Origin: Octopus sinensis | Taxonomy: Eukaryota | NCBI RefSeq assembly: GCF_006345805.1 | Contig: NW_021827975.1 | Span: 1 to 9,277, forward strand | Direction of reading: 5' to 3' | Length of the DNA stretch: 9,277 nucleotides | Shown: positions 6,104 to 9,277 of the stretch, one piece after another | How the letters are laid out: each line of letters begins with the position of its first letter | How positions within the stretch are numbered: the first letter of the stretch is position 1 | Notes under the pieces: generated by a model | Told to the model about the DNA's origin: nothing | Databases searched by the model: none | Seen by the model: the letters and a program-made list of their open reading frames with translations, nothing else | Translations under genes and position numbers: made by a program

Positions 6104-7060
6104 AATAATGGTCGTATTACGAGACCAGTTCCACAGGCGCTTTGGTCTCTAATAGTGGTCGATCTGAGAGACCAGTACTACAGAAATTTTGGTCTCTATT
6201 AATGGTCTTTCTTATTTCTTTATTGTCCACAAGGGGCTAAACATAGAGGGGACAAACAAGGACAGACAAAGGGATTAAGTCGATTACATCGATCACCAGA
6301 GTTCAAATGGTACTTAATTTATCGACCCCGAAAGGATGAAAGGCAAAGTCGACCTCGGCGGAATTTGAACTCAGAACGTAGCGGCAGACGAAATACCTAT
6401 TTCTTTACTACCCACAAGGGGCTAAACACAGAAGGAACAAACAAGGACAGACAAACGGATTAAGTCGATTATATCGACCCCAGTGCGTAACTGGTACTTA
6501 TTTAATCGACACCGAAAGGATGAAAGGCAAAGTTGACCTCGGCGGAATTTGAACTCAGAACGTAGCGACAGACGAAAAACTGTTGGACATTTCGCCCGGC
6601 GTGCTGACGATTCGGCCAGCTCGCCGCCTTGGTCTTTCTGTGTATTAATGGTCTTTCTGTGAGATGAATACTACTGACATTTTAGTCTCTAATAATCGTC
6701 CTTCGATGAGACCATAACTACAGTAATGTGCGATGAGTACTATAGAAATTTTGGTCTTTAATAATGGCTCTTCTGTGAGACCAGTATTACAGACATTTTG
6801 GTCTCTTGATAGTGGTCCTTTAGAGAGACAAATATTACAGAAATTTGGGTCTCTAATAATGGTCCTTCTGTGAAACCAGTACCGCAAACATTTTGGTCTC
6901 TAATAACAGCCTTTCTGTGGGACAGGTTTCACAGATATTTTGGTCTCTAATAACAGCCTTTCTGTGGGACAGGTTTCACAGATATTTTGGTCTCTAATAA
7001 CGGTCTTTCTATGTGACCAGTACTACAGAAATGTTGGTCTCTAGAAATGGTCCTAGTGAG
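6104..7060. repeat. 47-bp minisatellite, about 10 units, interrupted by a SINE dimer
   Basis: Consensus GAGACCAGTACTACAGAAATTTTGGTCTCTAATAATGGTCTTTCTGT. The GGTCTC anchor recurs at 6144, 6191, 6684, 6753, 6800, 6848, 6895, 6942, 6989 and 7036, mostly 47 apart. Units 6890-6936 and 6937-6983 are identical. Confidence 0.93.
6213..6630 (-). mobile_element. Head-to-tail SINE F1 dimer, tail type A: full copy 6630-6398 plus 5'-truncated copy 6397-6213
   Basis: Two collinear copies with B boxes. One 16-bp TSD TATTAATGGTCTTTCT (6197-6212, 6643-6658) encloses both, and satellite phase is restored when the 446 bp are removed. Confidence 0.93.
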
Positions 7061-7730
7061 AAGTTTCAAATAACAATTTTTATTTTGCACTCAACTACAT
7101 CCTATGAATACGTGTTCATCAACTTAAAATGCATCTTCCTTTGAAGACATTGACTAGAAACCCAAAGATCATATTCATTGTTGCAGTAACCATAAGGAAT
7201 TTGGAAACTAAATCATAAGAATGATAACCTGTGCGGTTCTACCATTAATTAGAACTCTATCTAAACACAAAGCAACTTTCAAAAATTCTAACCCAAAGCA
7301 TCTCTAGTCACTATAGATAATAAGTTCTTCGTTTTGGAAAAAATTCATGAACCAAAAAAAACAAAACTGATCAAAATATTTTGAAGTTGTTCTCCTCGAA
7401 AGACATTGAAAAGAAATGTATTTATCAAGTCACAAATCCAGATGTGGAATAAAAATCTAGAATGAAGAACTTTTGTAACTCTGGGAACATTTGAAAAGCA
7501 ATCAATCTTCCTGCTCTTAGTTAATAAATAACAAGATTCCGTGAACCAATTTTACTGTCTGATAATGGAAAGTCACATGAAATGTTTTCCAAATTTAGAA
7601 GTCTACTTAAAGAATTATTTGATTTATTTATATTTTATTACAAGATTTGGCATAAACATCACTTAAAGCTGTTATAATGTCACGCGCTTCGCTTACCTTT
7701 GAATTTTTCTTTTTCTTTTTTTTTTTCCAG

Positions 7731-7786
7731 ATATCTTTTTCAATGAAATGCAAAGTTCTTTACTGAAAAAAGAAATATATCAATGA
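7731..7786 (+). CDS. Candidate terminal coding exon of an unknown gene
   Basis: Very strong acceptor (more than 20 nt polypyrimidine tract plus CAG at 7728-7730). The phase-1 frame reads IFFNEMQSSLLKKEIYQ* with TGA at 7784-7786; AATAAA at 8019-8024. Confidence 0.25.
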
Positions 7787-8099
7787 CGTGCGTACATGGC
7801 TTGTTCGGTTTCTGCGTTTACCATTCCGATCAACACCTGAAAATTGGAAGATCACTAAACCGAGAGAATTCTAACGCCTTACTTATTTTGCTTTGTTATT
7901 GGAGTGCGATCGCTTTCTGTTAATCTGAAGCGAGGCAAATTTGGCATTCTGTGAATGACATTGTTCCTGATGTAGAACTTTGGGGGCGGGAACAAGAAGC
8001 GCGTTAATTCTTAGAAATAATAAATTCCAATTCGTTATTTCTGAAAATTTATGACACAAAGCCATAAATTTTGAGAGGAGAGGTAAATCCGTTAAAATT

Positions 8100-8103
<4 letters not shown>

Positions 8104-8146
<43 letters not shown>
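8104..8146. repeat. (TA)n microsatellite, about 21 units
   Basis: Perfect TA run. Confidence 0.98.
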
Positions 8147-8150
<4 letters not shown>

Positions 8151-8214
8151 AACACACACACATACGTACGTACACCTATTACATACAATGTTCGTGTGTG
8201 TGTTGCCCATATAT
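8141..8214. repeat. 21-bp inverted repeat with a 32-nt spacer; possible miniature MITE
   Basis: ATATATGCGCAACACACACAC (8141-8161) and GTGTGTGTGTTGCCCATATAT (8194-8214) are reverse complements with 1 mismatch. Confidence 0.7.
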
Positions 8215-8385
8215 CAACAAAACACTTTTTTCCTCGATGGAAAAAAAACAACAACAAAAGTCTTAAACACTTACTCGTCGCTAGAAGGGAATTTAGCTCC
8301 TGTTTGCAAACAATGGTGATTTAAAAACTCACATCGACCAGAATTTCAATCAGCTGTGTTACTTTGACTTAGCATTTGATTAAGG

Positions 8386-8399
8386 TGACGTCATCAGTC
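8386..8399 (+). promoter_or_regulatory. Perfect CRE palindrome immediately followed by an Inr-like TCAGTC
   Basis: TGACGTCA at 8386-8393 and TCAGTC at 8394-8399, in non-repeat sequence. The motif match is certain; function is unproven. Confidence 0.25.
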
Positions 8400-8625
8400 T
8401 AACGCGAACGTTTGTAGAAGCAAACCTCAGGTGTTTTTGCAAACGTTATTTAACATTCTTTTTGTTTTAGGTCTGAGAATGCAATGCTGTGTACAATTAT
8501 GAGTGCACTACCAATTTGGAACCAAAGTTTTACGTACGACATAGGATCACGTATTAGATAAGCGGTATTAGATAATAGAGTTATTTTAATTGCTGTTGGT
8601 GTTCTCCTTTCGGTAGTAACCATGT

Positions 8626-9018
8626 AAGTGGAGGCGCAATGGCCCAGTGGTTAGGGCAGCGGACTCGCGGTCGAAGGATCGCGGTTTCGATTCCCAGACC
8701 GGGCGTTGTGAGTGTTTATTGAGCGAAAACACCTAAAGCTCCACGAGGCTCCGGCAGGGATGGTGGTGATCCCTGCTGTACTCTTTCACCAAATCTTTCT
8801 CTTACTCTTTCTTTCTGTTTCTGTTGTACCTGTATTTCAAAGGGCCGGCCTTGTCACTCTCTGTGTCACGCTGAATTTCCCCGAGAACTACGTTAAGGGT
8901 ACACGTGTCTGTGGAGTGCTCAGCCACTTACACGTTAATTTCACGAGCAGGCTGTTCCGTTGGTCGGATCAACCGGAACCCTCATCGTCGTAACCGACGG
9001 AGTGCTTCCCCCCCCCCC
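8626..9018 (+). mobile_element. tRNA-derived SINE family F3, full length and apparently young, ending in poly(C)
   Basis: A box TGGCCCAGTGG (8640-8650), B box GTTTCGATTCC (8684-8694), 3' hairpins at 8957-8976 and 8986-8999, C11 at 9008-9018. Perfect 11-bp TSD AGTAACCATGT at 8615-8625 and 9019-9029. Confidence 0.92.
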
Positions 9019-9277
9019 AGTAACCATGTTTGTTTTAAGCAAATGGCGACCAAACGAATAATCAGTTAACCCACAAAGCGCTGGGATTTGCACTTACATA
9101 GCATGGACTGCAGAGCACATTTTATGAAAATGAGACAACCATGCACACATAAAAAACAAAAATATAGTTAAAATATCTTCTTAGTATATAATGGTGGCAA
9201 GTTTTACATCATCTGAAAAGTCATTAGTTGAACAATTAGTTCTCTTGTATTCGGCGGAAGCAGGGTATCGGAGCATT

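Noticed and set aside
6104-7060. CRISPR-like array, and the 80-aa ORF at 6645-6887
   Set aside because: Units are contiguous with no unique spacers, there are no cas genes and the context is eukaryotic. The ORF is a satellite translation.
7090-7560. A-rich stretch that looks like decayed transposon coding sequence
   Set aside because: All frames I read are broken by stops, and I could not recognise a convincing RT, endonuclease or transposase motif. A translated search against a repeat protein library would be decisive.
7883-8319. Overlapping 124-aa and 82-aa ORFs with IYIY runs
   Set aside because: They are held open by the (TA)n and (CA)n tracts; no protein-like signal.
8630-8705. Genuine tRNA gene
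   Set aside because: A and B boxes are present, but I could not build convincing anticodon and acceptor stems. It continues into a 390-bp body bounded by a TSD, so it is a SINE head.

Overview
AT-rich eukaryotic non-coding DNA, densely layered with repeats. The SINE and microsatellite landscape resembles what I recall of Octopus (cephalopod) genomes; this is not verified by a search. No complete protein-coding gene is visible. The window holds: a frameshifted RTE-clade LINE reverse-transcriptase fragment (1-360, minus); about ten tRNA-derived SINE copies from 3-4 families, several with target-site duplications (TSDs), nested or tandem, with swapped 3' tails; a 512-bp non-autonomous Helitron with canonical ends inserted into a SINE tail; a 47-bp quasi-palindromic minisatellite; (CATA)n and (TA)n microsatellites; and weak candidate small exons and promoter motifs. 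The most interesting signal is two ~200-bp non-coding insertions (3429-3628 plus; 4716-4927 minus). Each appears nested in a SINE and carries a type I hammerhead-ribozyme motif. They conserve the ribozyme core and stems but little else, suggesting a retrozyme-like or Penelope-related small mobile family. SINE family labels F1-F3 are my own working names.
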